38,050 nucleotides of DNA from positions 1 through 38,050 of IMG/VR virus record IMGVR_UViG_3300037751_000162; one strand, 5' to 3'. The notes under the pieces are model-generated. The model did no database searches. It was not told where the DNA came from and saw only the letters and a list, made by a program, of their open reading frames with translations. Source of the stretch: a virus (Duplodnaviria; Caudoviricetes). The position numbers and the translations under genes are program-made. This document shows positions 28,918-36,591 of this stretch, piece after piece. How positions within the stretch are numbered: position 1 is the first letter of the stretch; each line of letters opens with the position of its first letter.

Positions 28918-29124
28918 TCAGTTTTTGATCATATCGGCAGGATAGCCATTTGTCTTGATATGTTCGAGCTCAGAGCGGGTTGCTCGGAGGCGCTCGGCGT
29001 GGTGCCGGAGGGACGCCCGGAGGGTCTCATCGCGCAGTGCCCAGCCTCTACGACACTCGCGGCAGTGTTTGGTGACGCCCATATCCTCAAGGTACCCTGT
29101 GTCGCTACAATTTTTGCACTTCAT
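28918..29124 (-). CDS. Small CxxC-CxxC Zn-ribbon/coiled-coil protein (68 aa, start revised)
   Basis: GAGGAG RBS before ATG 29124; MKCKNCSDTG...HCRECRRG. Confidence 0.75.
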   Translation of the reverse strand: MKCKNCSDTGYLEDMGVTKHCRECRRGWALRDETLRASLRHHAERLRATRSELEHIKTNGYPADMIKN

Positions 29125-29155
29125 AGCTCTACTCCTCGTGCCCAGTGCCCCCACA

Positions 29156-29164
29156 ATTATACCA
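29156..29164 (-). promoter_or_regulatory. Extended -10 promoter for the leftward operon
   Basis: Minus strand TGGTATAAT is a perfect TGnTATAAT about 30 bp upstream of the first leftward gene. Confidence 0.65.
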
Positions 29165-29251
29165 CGCGTGTTGAAAACGCAAATCCCATGGAATTTTTAT
29201 ATAAAATTTTTTGGGATCAGGGCTTGGCGGTTAGGATGGGTAGTGGATTCA

Positions 29252-29292
29252 GTACTTAGCAAATTCGTACTTAGCAAATCCGTACTTAGCAA
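29252..29292. repeat. Three GTACTTAGCAA repeats with 15-bp period
   Basis: Copies start at 29252, 29267 and 29282. Confidence 0.92.
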
Positions 29293-29789
29293 CAAAAAAT
29301 CAATGAATTTAGGGCTATGCGCTTCGTTCAGTCCTCTGTGGGGTTCGTCTCTCGCTACCCCCCACTTCGGATTCGGTTTTCGCGCCAGCGAATAGGGACC
29401 CAGTTCTAAATACCCCCTCCCCGTACTCGCCGCTCGCTCCTCACCCCCGGTGCGCCCACCCACCCCCTCTGCCAACGTGACCATCGCCCAACGTAACCAT
29501 TACTGCGATAGCCAGGCATGTAACCACCGAGCACTACCAACCCGCACTGAGTACAGGCCCTCCGTCGTACACCCTACAGTGCCACAGACACCACCACCCT
29601 ACAGTGCCAACTGCGCAGCTCGAAGACGCTCGCTACAGCACCTATCCTGCCACTAGACACACCCTGCCATATGTAGCCCGCGTTAACCGTGCCACTAGAC
29701 ACCCAGTGCTACCCGTTACGGTTGTAGTGACTACGCTTCGCTACGTCATTGATAGCTGTGCTTAGTATGATTAATTGGAGGGTTGCATC

Positions 29790-29957
29790 ATGGATTTATT
29801 CAAACGCTTTAAAAAGCAGCAGCCGCGCAGCGAGTCTGTGATCTATGCTCATGACGATACAGTTATTGAGCTTCCGCGCACAGAGTGGCACGTTGTTGAC
29901 ACTCGTCCAGAGCGTAAAGCTCGCCGTTTCACCCCCACAAAGGAGCAGCAATTATGA
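29790..29957 (+). CDS. Small early hypothetical protein (55 aa from MDLFKR)
   Basis: GGAGG RBS upstream of ATG 29790; ATGA overlap with the next gene. Confidence 0.65.
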   Translation: MDLFKRFKKQQPRSESVIYAHDDTVIELPRTEWHVVDTRPERKARRFTPTKEQQL

Positions 29958-30124
29958 ACCGCGCACAATGTATTCAACACCTTGCAGAAGCTGCTTCGTA
30001 TAGAGTTGAAGCGCTTCAGATCCTGCGTAATAGAAAACTGTCATATGACGGCAGACATTACGAATTCGAGCTTGCTGTGCATCACGCTCGGGTTGCATTA
30101 TATAATGCAATCCGACTCCACTGA
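29954..30124 (+). CDS. Small early hypothetical protein (56 aa, not in ORF track)
   Basis: AAGGAG RBS; MNRAQCIQHLAEAASYRVEALQILRNRKLSYDGRHYEFELAVHHARVALYNAIRLH*. Confidence 0.65.
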   Translation: MNRAQCIQHLAEAASYRVEALQILRNRKLSYDGRHYEFELAVHHARVALYNAIRLH

Positions 30125-30185
30125 ATCCTGCGGAGCAGGAGATCCTGCAGGCCAAGGATGGCCTGCTCTTTACGGAGTACTTAAT

Positions 30186-30491
30186 ATGGAAACTATCGTA
30201 GCGGGATTAGTAGCATCTTGTTCGATGCTCTTCCTACTTGTTAAACTCGACCTCCGGAAATGTCTCGGTTATGACTGGGCATTTGATATCTTTATAACTG
30301 TTTTTTTGACATACCTGTTCTCTGGAACATATGCAGGCATGAGCGCCGCAATGATCGGCGGATTATTATTATCCGTCAAACTTGTGGTCCTCAAGAAAAT
30401 AATCGGCGCCGAGAAAATAGACTTTAAAGCCTCTTTTGTAGCACGTCGTTTTGTTTGGATTGAGACTACTCACGGTGCGCTGCAGAGGTAG
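30186..30491 (+). CDS. Small multi-pass membrane protein (101 aa, start revised to METIVAG)
   Basis: GGAG RBS; about three hydrophobic segments. Confidence 0.75.
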   Translation: METIVAGLVASCSMLFLLVKLDLRKCLGYDWAFDIFITVFLTYLFSGTYAGMSAAMIGGLLLSVKLVVLKKIIGAEKIDFKASFVARRFVWIETTHGALQR

Positions 30492-30565
30492 GTCTCCGTG
30501 CAGCAAACAGCACCATAGTCTCCGATCTAACACCCTTTCAAAAAGTCCCATGTGGAGGTAACCTC

Positions 30566-30670
30566 TTGATTATCAACGGATTAGATTTTCTTCTGGCCGT
30601 GCTTTCCCTAACGAGCGCTATCGAGATCCCTTTTATGATCTACATCATCCGCAAACTTAAGGATAATTAG
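30566..30670 (+). CDS. Single-TM peptide (34 aa, TTG start, not in ORF track)
   Basis: GGAGGT RBS; MIINGLDFLLAVLSLTSAIEIPFMIYIIRKLKDN*; stop lies 1 nt before the next ATG. Confidence 0.55.
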   Translation: MIINGLDFLLAVLSLTSAIEIPFMIYIIRKLKDN

Positions 30671-30671
30671 C

Positions 30672-30965
30672 ATGGACATTATACTCGCCGTTGTATTATC
30701 CATCGAATTAGCTATCGAAGCTTGGCTCTTCGCGCTGGGTGTGTTTAACCCAAGGCATCCCATCGCAGCAGCGATGTGGGTAGGCATTGAAATAAGCCTG
30801 AAGTACCCGGTACTGTATGCGCTGAAATTCGCAATTTCAGGTGCAATCATATATGGGGCTGCCCATATAAATCTAATGTGGACAGCCTTCATGTTGAGCT
30901 GCTGCTTGGCTCTGGATTTATTCTCTGTGCTCTACTTCATACTAAACCGGAAGGCCCTCAATTAA
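30672..30965 (+). CDS. Hydrophobic membrane protein (97 aa)
   Basis: Almost entirely hydrophobic ORF followed by a terminator. Confidence 0.65.
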   Translation: MDIILAVVLSIELAIEAWLFALGVFNPRHPIAAAMWVGIEISLKYPVLYALKFAISGAIIYGAAHINLMWTAFMLSCCLALDLFSVLYFILNRKALN

Positions 30966-30969
30966 TATG

Positions 30970-30999
30970 AAGCCCAGTCTCTTTGAGACTGGGTTTTTT
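30970..30999 (+). terminator. Intrinsic terminator
   Basis: AGCCCAGTCTC-TTT-GAGACTGGGTT followed by a T run. Confidence 0.9.
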
Positions 31000-31035
31000 G
31001 CTGTGTTCTGCGAACATTAACAAGAGGATGTAGTG

Positions 31036-31206
31036 ATGTTCGTTAGATTGGTGTTTGTTGACTCTCAGTTCTTAAATGAACTCAACGAGTCGGAATGCCC
31101 CTCCCCAGAGGACATCTTGATGCTGCTAGAGGCAGTACAACAAGATGATCCTTCGATAACGTTAGATGATCTGTTAGCAATTGGAGTAATAAATCATGAG
31201 TACTGA
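31036..31206 (+). CDS. Small acidic protein (56 aa, not in ORF track)
   Basis: GAGGA RBS; MFVRLVFVDSQFLNELNESECPSPEDILMLLEAVQQDDPSITLDDLLAIGVINHEY*. Confidence 0.6.
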   Translation: MFVRLVFVDSQFLNELNESECPSPEDILMLLEAVQQDDPSITLDDLLAIGVINHEY

Positions 31207-31867
31207 AATTATCACTGAAGACCGCGTACAGGAACCTCGGAAAATGTACGTTACCAAAGACCAGTACGAGAAAATGAAATCCTTGGGCGTTCCACTCGAC
31301 AACGTCGAGATCAGGGATGTCCTCGAAGACGCCCGGAAAAAGAAACTTGAGTCTTTGGAAACAAAAGCTGCCGGTTATGTCGATGACCTGATGTCCTTCT
31401 TCGAGTTATTCGATCCACTGACCTGCATGTATAAACTTCAAGGAATGGCACGCCAAGCTGTCTTCTGGCACTACCGTAGCCGACAAATGGCCGAAAGGAC
31501 CCAAGCCAAGATGGACTCTGAAGGTGCTGGCGATCAGCCCATGGACACTCGACCGAGCGGCCTTGAGATCGATCCTGTAGGTGACGCTTGGGAACGTGTC
31601 AGCTCAATGTATCAACGAGCTGATGCAGAGCATGTCATTTACCTGGCCTGTATCCAAGGCCAAAATAATATCTTCCGGGCACACAAAGGCGACCCTGAAC
31701 TGGCCGACCGAATGCGTTCGGCAGCTATCGACGAAGCCATTACCGAAACCGGTTACAGCCGGTTCTGCCAGAAGCAAGACCTGGAATGGCTGAACCGTCG
31801 TAAGCAGCAGGCAGCTGTAAGCTCTCAGACGTCGTCTGTGGACTTCATGACCAAATCCTGGCTCTGA
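31196..31867 (+). CDS. Hypothetical early protein (223 aa)
   Basis: GGAG RBS; long ORF. Confidence 0.8.
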   Translation: MSTEIITEDRVQEPRKMYVTKDQYEKMKSLGVPLDNVEIRDVLEDARKKKLESLETKAAGYVDDLMSFFELFDPLTCMYKLQGMARQAVFWHYRSRQMAERTQAKMDSEGAGDQPMDTRPSGLEIDPVGDAWERVSSMYQRADAEHVIYLACIQGQNNIFRAHKGDPELADRMRSAAIDEAITETGYSRFCQKQDLEWLNRRKQQAAVSSQTSSVDFMTKSWL

Positions 31868-31871
31868 TACC

Positions 31872-31916
31872 ACCCCAGGCCTTTAAGATGCTCCTGCGAG
31901 CTCTCAGGGGCCTTCT
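31872..31916 (+). repeat. Intergenic stem-loop repeat, copy 1
   Basis: GGCCTTTAAGA-T-GCTC-CTGC-GAGC-TCTCAGGGGCC; near-identical to 32194-32239. Confidence 0.85.
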
Positions 31917-31939
31917 GACCCATAATCGAGGATACAACA

Positions 31940-32194
31940 ATGATCGATGTACAAACCACCAAGACCTGTCGCAAAAAACGCACTCGGAAGGACCGGCTCA
32001 CAGCCGAGCGCACCACTGCCAAAAACTCGGCGGTACGAGCAGCACGGCACGCTCGTCGTGCTGCCAACCATTTCAACCATCTCCTGAAGTGGGCTGCTGC
32101 GAACGGAGCCAGAGTGTCAGCAGCTGACACGGCCAAGGAAATCCGCATAGCTGTCCGTATGAAGCGCACAGCACTCCGCACCATTAGCTCATAA
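31940..32194 (+). CDS. Small basic protein (84 aa)
   Basis: GAGGA RBS; Arg/Lys/Ala-rich; flanked by the two stem-loop repeats. Confidence 0.7.
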   Translation: MIDVQTTKTCRKKRTRKDRLTAERTTAKNSAVRAARHARRAANHFNHLLKWAAANGARVSAADTAKEIRIAVRMKRTALRTISS

Positions 32195-32239
32195 CCCCAT
32201 GGCCTCTGAGATGCTCCTGTGAGCTCTCAGAGGCCTTCT
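32194..32239 (+). repeat. Intergenic stem-loop repeat, copy 2
   Basis: GGCCTCTGAGA-T-GCTC-CTGT-GAGC-TCTCAGAGGCC with a perfect 11-bp lower stem. Confidence 0.85.
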
Positions 32240-32312
32240 CGTCGTTGGAGCGGCCAGCAACAGCGTGGGGTGTATTAACGTACTACAGCACAAGTGCAGC
32301 GGTTAGTTGCTG

Positions 32313-32722
32313 TAAGCTATTGATATCCAACCAAAGTTGAGAAACTTCTCAACTTCTCAACTTCTCAACTCAACCCTTAACTCTTTGATCTAAAACAGGT
32401 TTCAGTGGTTAGTTGAGAAGTTGAGAAGTTTCAGAGGGTTGGTCTTCTGGGAAAGACATATTATCTTATTATTAGCTTTTACTAATATGTGCTTTTACTC
32501 TCTATATTGATATGCCTATATATTTCTATACTTCTTAACTAAATATAAAAAAGTAAGTAGATACATAGAGTTAAGGGTTGAGAAACCGGTTGAGAAGTTT
32601 GAAAAAGTTGAGAAATATTTCTCAACCACTGTGGTCAAAACTGAATGTTGATTCCATGTCATACATATGACTTGAAATCAACATTCAGTTTTGATCCCAC
32701 TACCCGCCACCAACTTCTCAAC
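32313..32722. promoter_or_regulatory. Probable replication origin: octamer iterons, AT-rich core and IHF-consensus site
   Basis: 11 perfect GTTGAGAA/TTCTCAAC copies flank an AT-rich tract (about 32456-32566); TAAGCTATTGATA at 32313-32325 matches the IHF consensus. Confidence 0.65.
32633..32696. repeat. Near-perfect ~64-bp palindrome
   Basis: TCAAAACTGAATGTTGATT (32635-32653) pairs with AATCAACATTCAGTTTTGA (32676-32694); inner GTCATA/TATGAC. Confidence 0.92.
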
Positions 32723-32747
32723 CAAAATCAACAAAAGGAAAACCAAA

Positions 32748-33059
32748 ATGAGCGATCATGATTTGGCTCAGAGCGTCCTATACCACGCCACCCTGACCCT
32801 GAAACACCGAGCCGAAGACACAGCAATGCAGCAAAAACACTTCGATATCGAGCCTACCGCGCCAATCATTCCACTGCTGGACCCGAAGAGGATAGCGCTG
32901 TACAGCTCCATGATGGGCCTCACTGCGGGATGCGAGACCATGGCTATAGCACAGGAAATCAACGCCCTGTACCGCTCCAAAGGCCACACAGAGTGGCTGG
33001 AGGGTCTAAAACACATCGCCGAGACCTACGGCCTGGACTACGAGGATGCTTACCTATGA
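32748..33059 (+). CDS. Hypothetical protein (103 aa from MSDHDL), probable diverged paralog of the next gene
   Basis: AAGGA RBS; C-terminal EW...LK..A..YGL shared with 33056..33451. Confidence 0.7.
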   Translation: MSDHDLAQSVLYHATLTLKHRAEDTAMQQKHFDIEPTAPIIPLLDPKRIALYSSMMGLTAGCETMAIAQEINALYRSKGHTEWLEGLKHIAETYGLDYEDAYL

Positions 33060-33451
33060 ACTCTGGAATCCCCTACCAACATCTGTTTGACACCGTCGTG
33101 GACCACTTGCTAACCCAAGCGAAGAAAAGCCTCAACGCATCCCGCCATTGTTTGTATAAAGGACCTGACGGCCTCCAGTGCGCTATCGGTGTTCTGATCG
33201 ACGATAAATATTACGCGTCAGTGTTAGAAGGGGAATTAGCAAACGATCCGTCGGTGCTCAGGGCAGTGTGTTTGAGTCAGCACATAGACGTCTCTGTCCC
33301 GCAATCAGATAACCGCTTCGACCTCGTAGGGTTCCTCAAAGATCTGCAGTATACCCACGATGAATCCCACGCCTACGAATGGGAACGGGAGCTCAAAAAA
33401 CACGCTGCATCATATGGACTGGAATGGAACTACAAAGGCCAACCTCAATAA
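33056..33451 (+). CDS. Phage hypothetical protein (131 aa from MNSGIP)
   Basis: GAGG RBS and ATGA overlap; C.Y.GPDG..CAIG.LI.D and LQ..HD motifs. Confidence 0.8.
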   Translation: MNSGIPYQHLFDTVVDHLLTQAKKSLNASRHCLYKGPDGLQCAIGVLIDDKYYASVLEGELANDPSVLRAVCLSQHIDVSVPQSDNRFDLVGFLKDLQYTHDESHAYEWERELKKHAASYGLEWNYKGQPQ

Positions 33452-33463
33452 AAGGTACACATC

Positions 33464-35494
33464 ATGTCCGCAAATAACTTCCACGATTTTGCACTCCGCA
33501 TCAACGCTCAATACCAACAGATGTCACGGGGCACACTATTCATCACCTGCGCCGACAAAGGCGAGGTGTGGAACCAATACCTCAAGGCTTTCCCTGAAGG
33601 CACAAACCCCATCTACCGGACCAACACTGAGCACGACTGCTCCTGCTGCCGGAACTTCATCAAGAACATCGGCCGGCTCGTATCGATTCAAAACAACAGG
33701 ACTGTCAGCGTCTGGGATGCACCTGATCTGTCTTACCCCTACAACGTGGTGGCGAGTACCATGGCCTCGTTCGTAAAGGGTCATGAGATCAAATCCGTGT
33801 TCCGAACCAAGGAACGTGAGTTCGGCGACATGACCACCTACCAGCAAGGTGAATCAGGCCTCACAAACTGGAATCACCTCTGGGGGGTCATCAATACAGA
33901 ACACCGCGCGATGGTACCGGCAACTCTCATGTCTCTCGCCAATTCCACAGCCGCTGTACTGAAGCGCGGGCTTGAAGAAATAAATAACAAATCACTCGAA
34001 ACAATTCTTGACCTGATCGAGAACAACACCATCTACCGTGGCGCTGAGTTCAAAAACGCTGTAGTTGGATTCTTCGGACTGAAAACCAAGTACGGTGTAG
34101 CCGACAACAAACATCTCTTCCACTGGGCCCACTTCAAGACCCCCCACGCCCGGTTTCGTAATACAGCGATCGGCACACTGGCCCAAGACCTATCTGCCGG
34201 CGTTGATGTTGAGAAAGCTGTGCATAAATATGAGGCCATGGTGGCGCCTCAGAACTACAAACGACCGACCGCGCTCATAACACAAGGCATGATCGACCAG
34301 GCCACCAAGACAATCCAGGAACTCGGCTTCGAACCTGCGTTGCACCGCCGGCTGGCCACAATCCACGACATCTCTGTGAATAACGTGCTGTATGTCGATA
34401 ATGATGTGCGTGGCCAGATGAAAGACGGCATCGAAGGGCTCCTCATGAAGCATGCTAAGATCGCTGCGCCGGTCATGTCGAAGGCCGTGCAAATCACCGG
34501 GGGCGACTTTCTGAAGAATGTGTTGCCCAGAGCTCACTACATAGAGCTCTTCCTGGAAAACAAGCATCTGAACAACTTCGTGAATCTCACGACCAGCCAA
34601 TTCGAAGAATGCGACGCGAATCTGCTATTCAAATGGAGCAACAACTTCGCCTGGAGCTACGACGGCGACGTCACCGACAGCATCAAGGAGCGTGTGAAGC
34701 GAGCTGGCGGGTCTGTTGAAGGCGATGTATGCTGCCGGCTGTCTTGGGACTATACCGACGATCTGGACTTCCATATGCAAGAGCCATGGCACCGAGGCAT
34801 GCATATCTACTTCCGCAACGTCCGTAAACTTTCACTCAACGGCGGGATGCTCGACCTTGACGCCAATGGCTGCGACGGAATGAAGGACGAACCATGCGAA
34901 AACATCTTCTATAAGGACAAGCACGGGATGCGGCCGGGTAAGTACGAACTTTCAGTCCACAATTATATCGCCCGCCACCAAGGAAAAAAACAAGGATTTG
35001 AAGTAGAAATCGAGCTCAACGGCGAAACACACCAGTTCGTTTATGATATGCGTATCAGAGGAACTGAAACAATCCAAATCGCCAGTATCGAAGTCACTGA
35101 CAGCCACGAACTGATCCTCCACCCTATCCTGCCCGTTACCGGGAGATCAGCAACGAAAGAAAAATGGGGGCTCAAAACACAGCAACTAATTCCTGTCGAA
35201 GCCATCACCTGGAGCCCGAACTTCTGGAACGACGACCGTACAGGCAACCTGCACTGGTTCTTCTTCCTCGCTGATTGCAAAAACCCCAACCAAGCACGGA
35301 GCCTCTATAACGAGTTCCTCAACCCTGCCCTCGAAAAACACCGTAAAGTGTTCGAGGTGCTTGGCGCCAAGCTCCGCTGCCCCGTTGCTGACGATCAGCT
35401 GGCCGGCGTCGGCTTCTCATCAACGCGCAAAGACAAGATGACTCTGGTGGTCACTACTGAACAAACCAAACGAATATACACAGTGGAGTTTTAA
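33464..35494 (+). CDS. Large phage protein with an HDCSCC motif and a YfaP/DUF2135-like domain (676 aa)
   Basis: EHDCSCCRNFI; LSW...DDLDFH..EP...GGMLDLDAN...ENIF...G.Y...VHNY. Confidence 0.8.
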   Translation: MSANNFHDFALRINAQYQQMSRGTLFITCADKGEVWNQYLKAFPEGTNPIYRTNTEHDCSCCRNFIKNIGRLVSIQNNRTVSVWDAPDLSYPYNVVASTMASFVKGHEIKSVFRTKEREFGDMTTYQQGESGLTNWNHLWGVINTEHRAMVPATLMSLANSTAAVLKRGLEEINNKSLETILDLIENNTIYRGAEFKNAVVGFFGLKTKYGVADNKHLFHWAHFKTPHARFRNTAIGTLAQDLSAGVDVEKAVHKYEAMVAPQNYKRPTALITQGMIDQATKTIQELGFEPALHRRLATIHDISVNNVLYVDNDVRGQMKDGIEGLLMKHAKIAAPVMSKAVQITGGDFLKNVLPRAHYIELFLENKHLNNFVNLTTSQFEECDANLLFKWSNNFAWSYDGDVTDSIKERVKRAGGSVEGDVCCRLSWDYTDDLDFHMQEPWHRGMHIYFRNVRKLSLNGGMLDLDANGCDGMKDEPCENIFYKDKHGMRPGKYELSVHNYIARHQGKKQGFEVEIELNGETHQFVYDMRIRGTETIQIASIEVTDSHELILHPILPVTGRSATKEKWGLKTQQLIPVEAITWSPNFWNDDRTGNLHWFFFLADCKNPNQARSLYNEFLNPALEKHRKVFEVLGAKLRCPVADDQLAGVGFSSTRKDKMTLVVTTEQTKRIYTVEF

Positions 35495-35497
35495 AGA

Positions 35498-35908
35498 ATG
35501 ACTATCAACCTTTTCGAAGTAGCAACCCGCTACAAATTTCGTTTCCCGAGCTCCAAAGGCTACCTCTCAGTAGAACAGCTCTGGCAACTACCTCTCTCCC
35601 ACCATATCATCGAGAGCCTCGATGAAGTGGCTAAGGGGATCAACGCACAGCTCAAGCGCGAAGGCGAAGAATCCTTCGTCAAGCCGACAACAAACAGCAT
35701 AGCCCGGCACCGCCTCGAACAGAAACTCGAATTGGTGAAGCACATCATCACCGTTAAGCTGGACGAGGCCGACCGCGCACAGAAAGCCAAGCAGCGTGCC
35801 GGTGAACGCCACCAACTGCTGAGTATCCTGGCCGGTAAAGAAACGCAAGAACTGCAGTCGATGTCCAAGGAAGATATCCTCAAGCGGCTGGACGAGCTGG
35901 AAGAGTAA
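35498..35908 (+). CDS. Helical partner protein of the 676-aa gene (136 aa)
   Basis: LFE.ATR.K.RF.S.KG.LSVEQLW.LPL N-terminus and coiled-coil C-terminus; starts 3 nt after the upstream stop. Confidence 0.85.
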   Translation: MTINLFEVATRYKFRFPSSKGYLSVEQLWQLPLSHHIIESLDEVAKGINAQLKREGEESFVKPTTNSIARHRLEQKLELVKHIITVKLDEADRAQKAKQRAGERHQLLSILAGKETQELQSMSKEDILKRLDELEE

Positions 35909-35966
35909 TCAAACCAACAAGTTATGGGTAGCCCATCCTAAACGGTAAATAGAGAGGTACTTAAAG

Positions 35967-36257
35967 ATGAGCACTAAAGAGAAAACGCCGGCACAAAAAT
36001 ATGGGCTCAGAGTCGGAGATCGAATTCAGCTCACGGGTTCACCTTACGAGTTGGAACACTTCGCGTTCGAAAAGGGTTCGGTAATTGAGCTGGCCGAAGA
36101 CGACGGATCAAGAAACCCTTGGTTCCGTCCTGTTGAAGGGCAAGGTCAATTAAGAAGGGGTATAAAGAGCGCGGAAGCATTGCTTTCATTCAGCCCCGAT
36201 TGTTACGACGGTCTTTTCCCAGTCAACATCGACCAATATATATGGAAGAAGGTCTAA
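35967..36257 (+). CDS. Hypothetical protein (96 aa)
   Basis: GAGGT RBS; GLRVGDRI beta-barrel-like start. Confidence 0.75.
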   Translation: MSTKEKTPAQKYGLRVGDRIQLTGSPYELEHFAFEKGSVIELAEDDGSRNPWFRPVEGQGQLRRGIKSAEALLSFSPDCYDGLFPVNIDQYIWKKV

Positions 36258-36264
36258 GAGCGCC

Positions 36265-36588
36265 ATGACTGCAGACTTAACATCCGAGCTTGATCGCCGA
36301 GCAACGCGGGGGGATACACGCCGCCTAAGCGTAAAAGAGCTTACCCAGCGTTTTGCCGACCTCGGCTACAAACTTGACCGCACAATGGACTGCCGCTGTA
36401 CAGCCCGGTGGGTCTCAGGACCTGACGTAGGCGAAAGCTACCCCTGCATTACCACGGGCGTAAAAGAAACAGACACTGGTATGTCCGCGTTTCATTTCGC
36501 TTCGCGACGGGACGCGAATTTCAGAGCTATGCAGGCGCTGCGCAGTGAGATATTCGCAGTAACCCACGGCGCTATACTGGAGGTCTAA
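36265..36588 (+). CDS. Hypothetical protein (107 aa)
   Basis: Tightly packed co-oriented ORF. Confidence 0.75.
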   Translation: MTADLTSELDRRATRGDTRRLSVKELTQRFADLGYKLDRTMDCRCTARWVSGPDVGESYPCITTGVKETDTGMSAFHFASRRDANFRAMQALRSEIFAVTHGAILEV

Positions 36589-36591
36589 CCA

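Noticed and set aside
29197-29656. ORFs 29197..29484 (-) and 29450..29656 (+)
   Set aside because: They are translations of repeat-rich, skewed intergenic DNA without a convincing RBS
29252-29702. Short repeats as a possible CRISPR or mini-array
   Set aside because: Repeats are 11-15 bp, heterogeneous and lack regular unique spacers; no cas genes
30126-30140. TCCTGC-GGA-GCAGGA hairpin resembling an N4 virion-RNAP promoter
   Set aside because: It is a single copy, its orientation would give transcription opposite to the local genes, and no RNAP motifs were seen in the giant protein
29982-30185. N-terminal extension of the 169-aa ORF 29982..30491
   Set aside because: It overlaps a better-supported 56-aa gene, and the RBS supports ATG 30186
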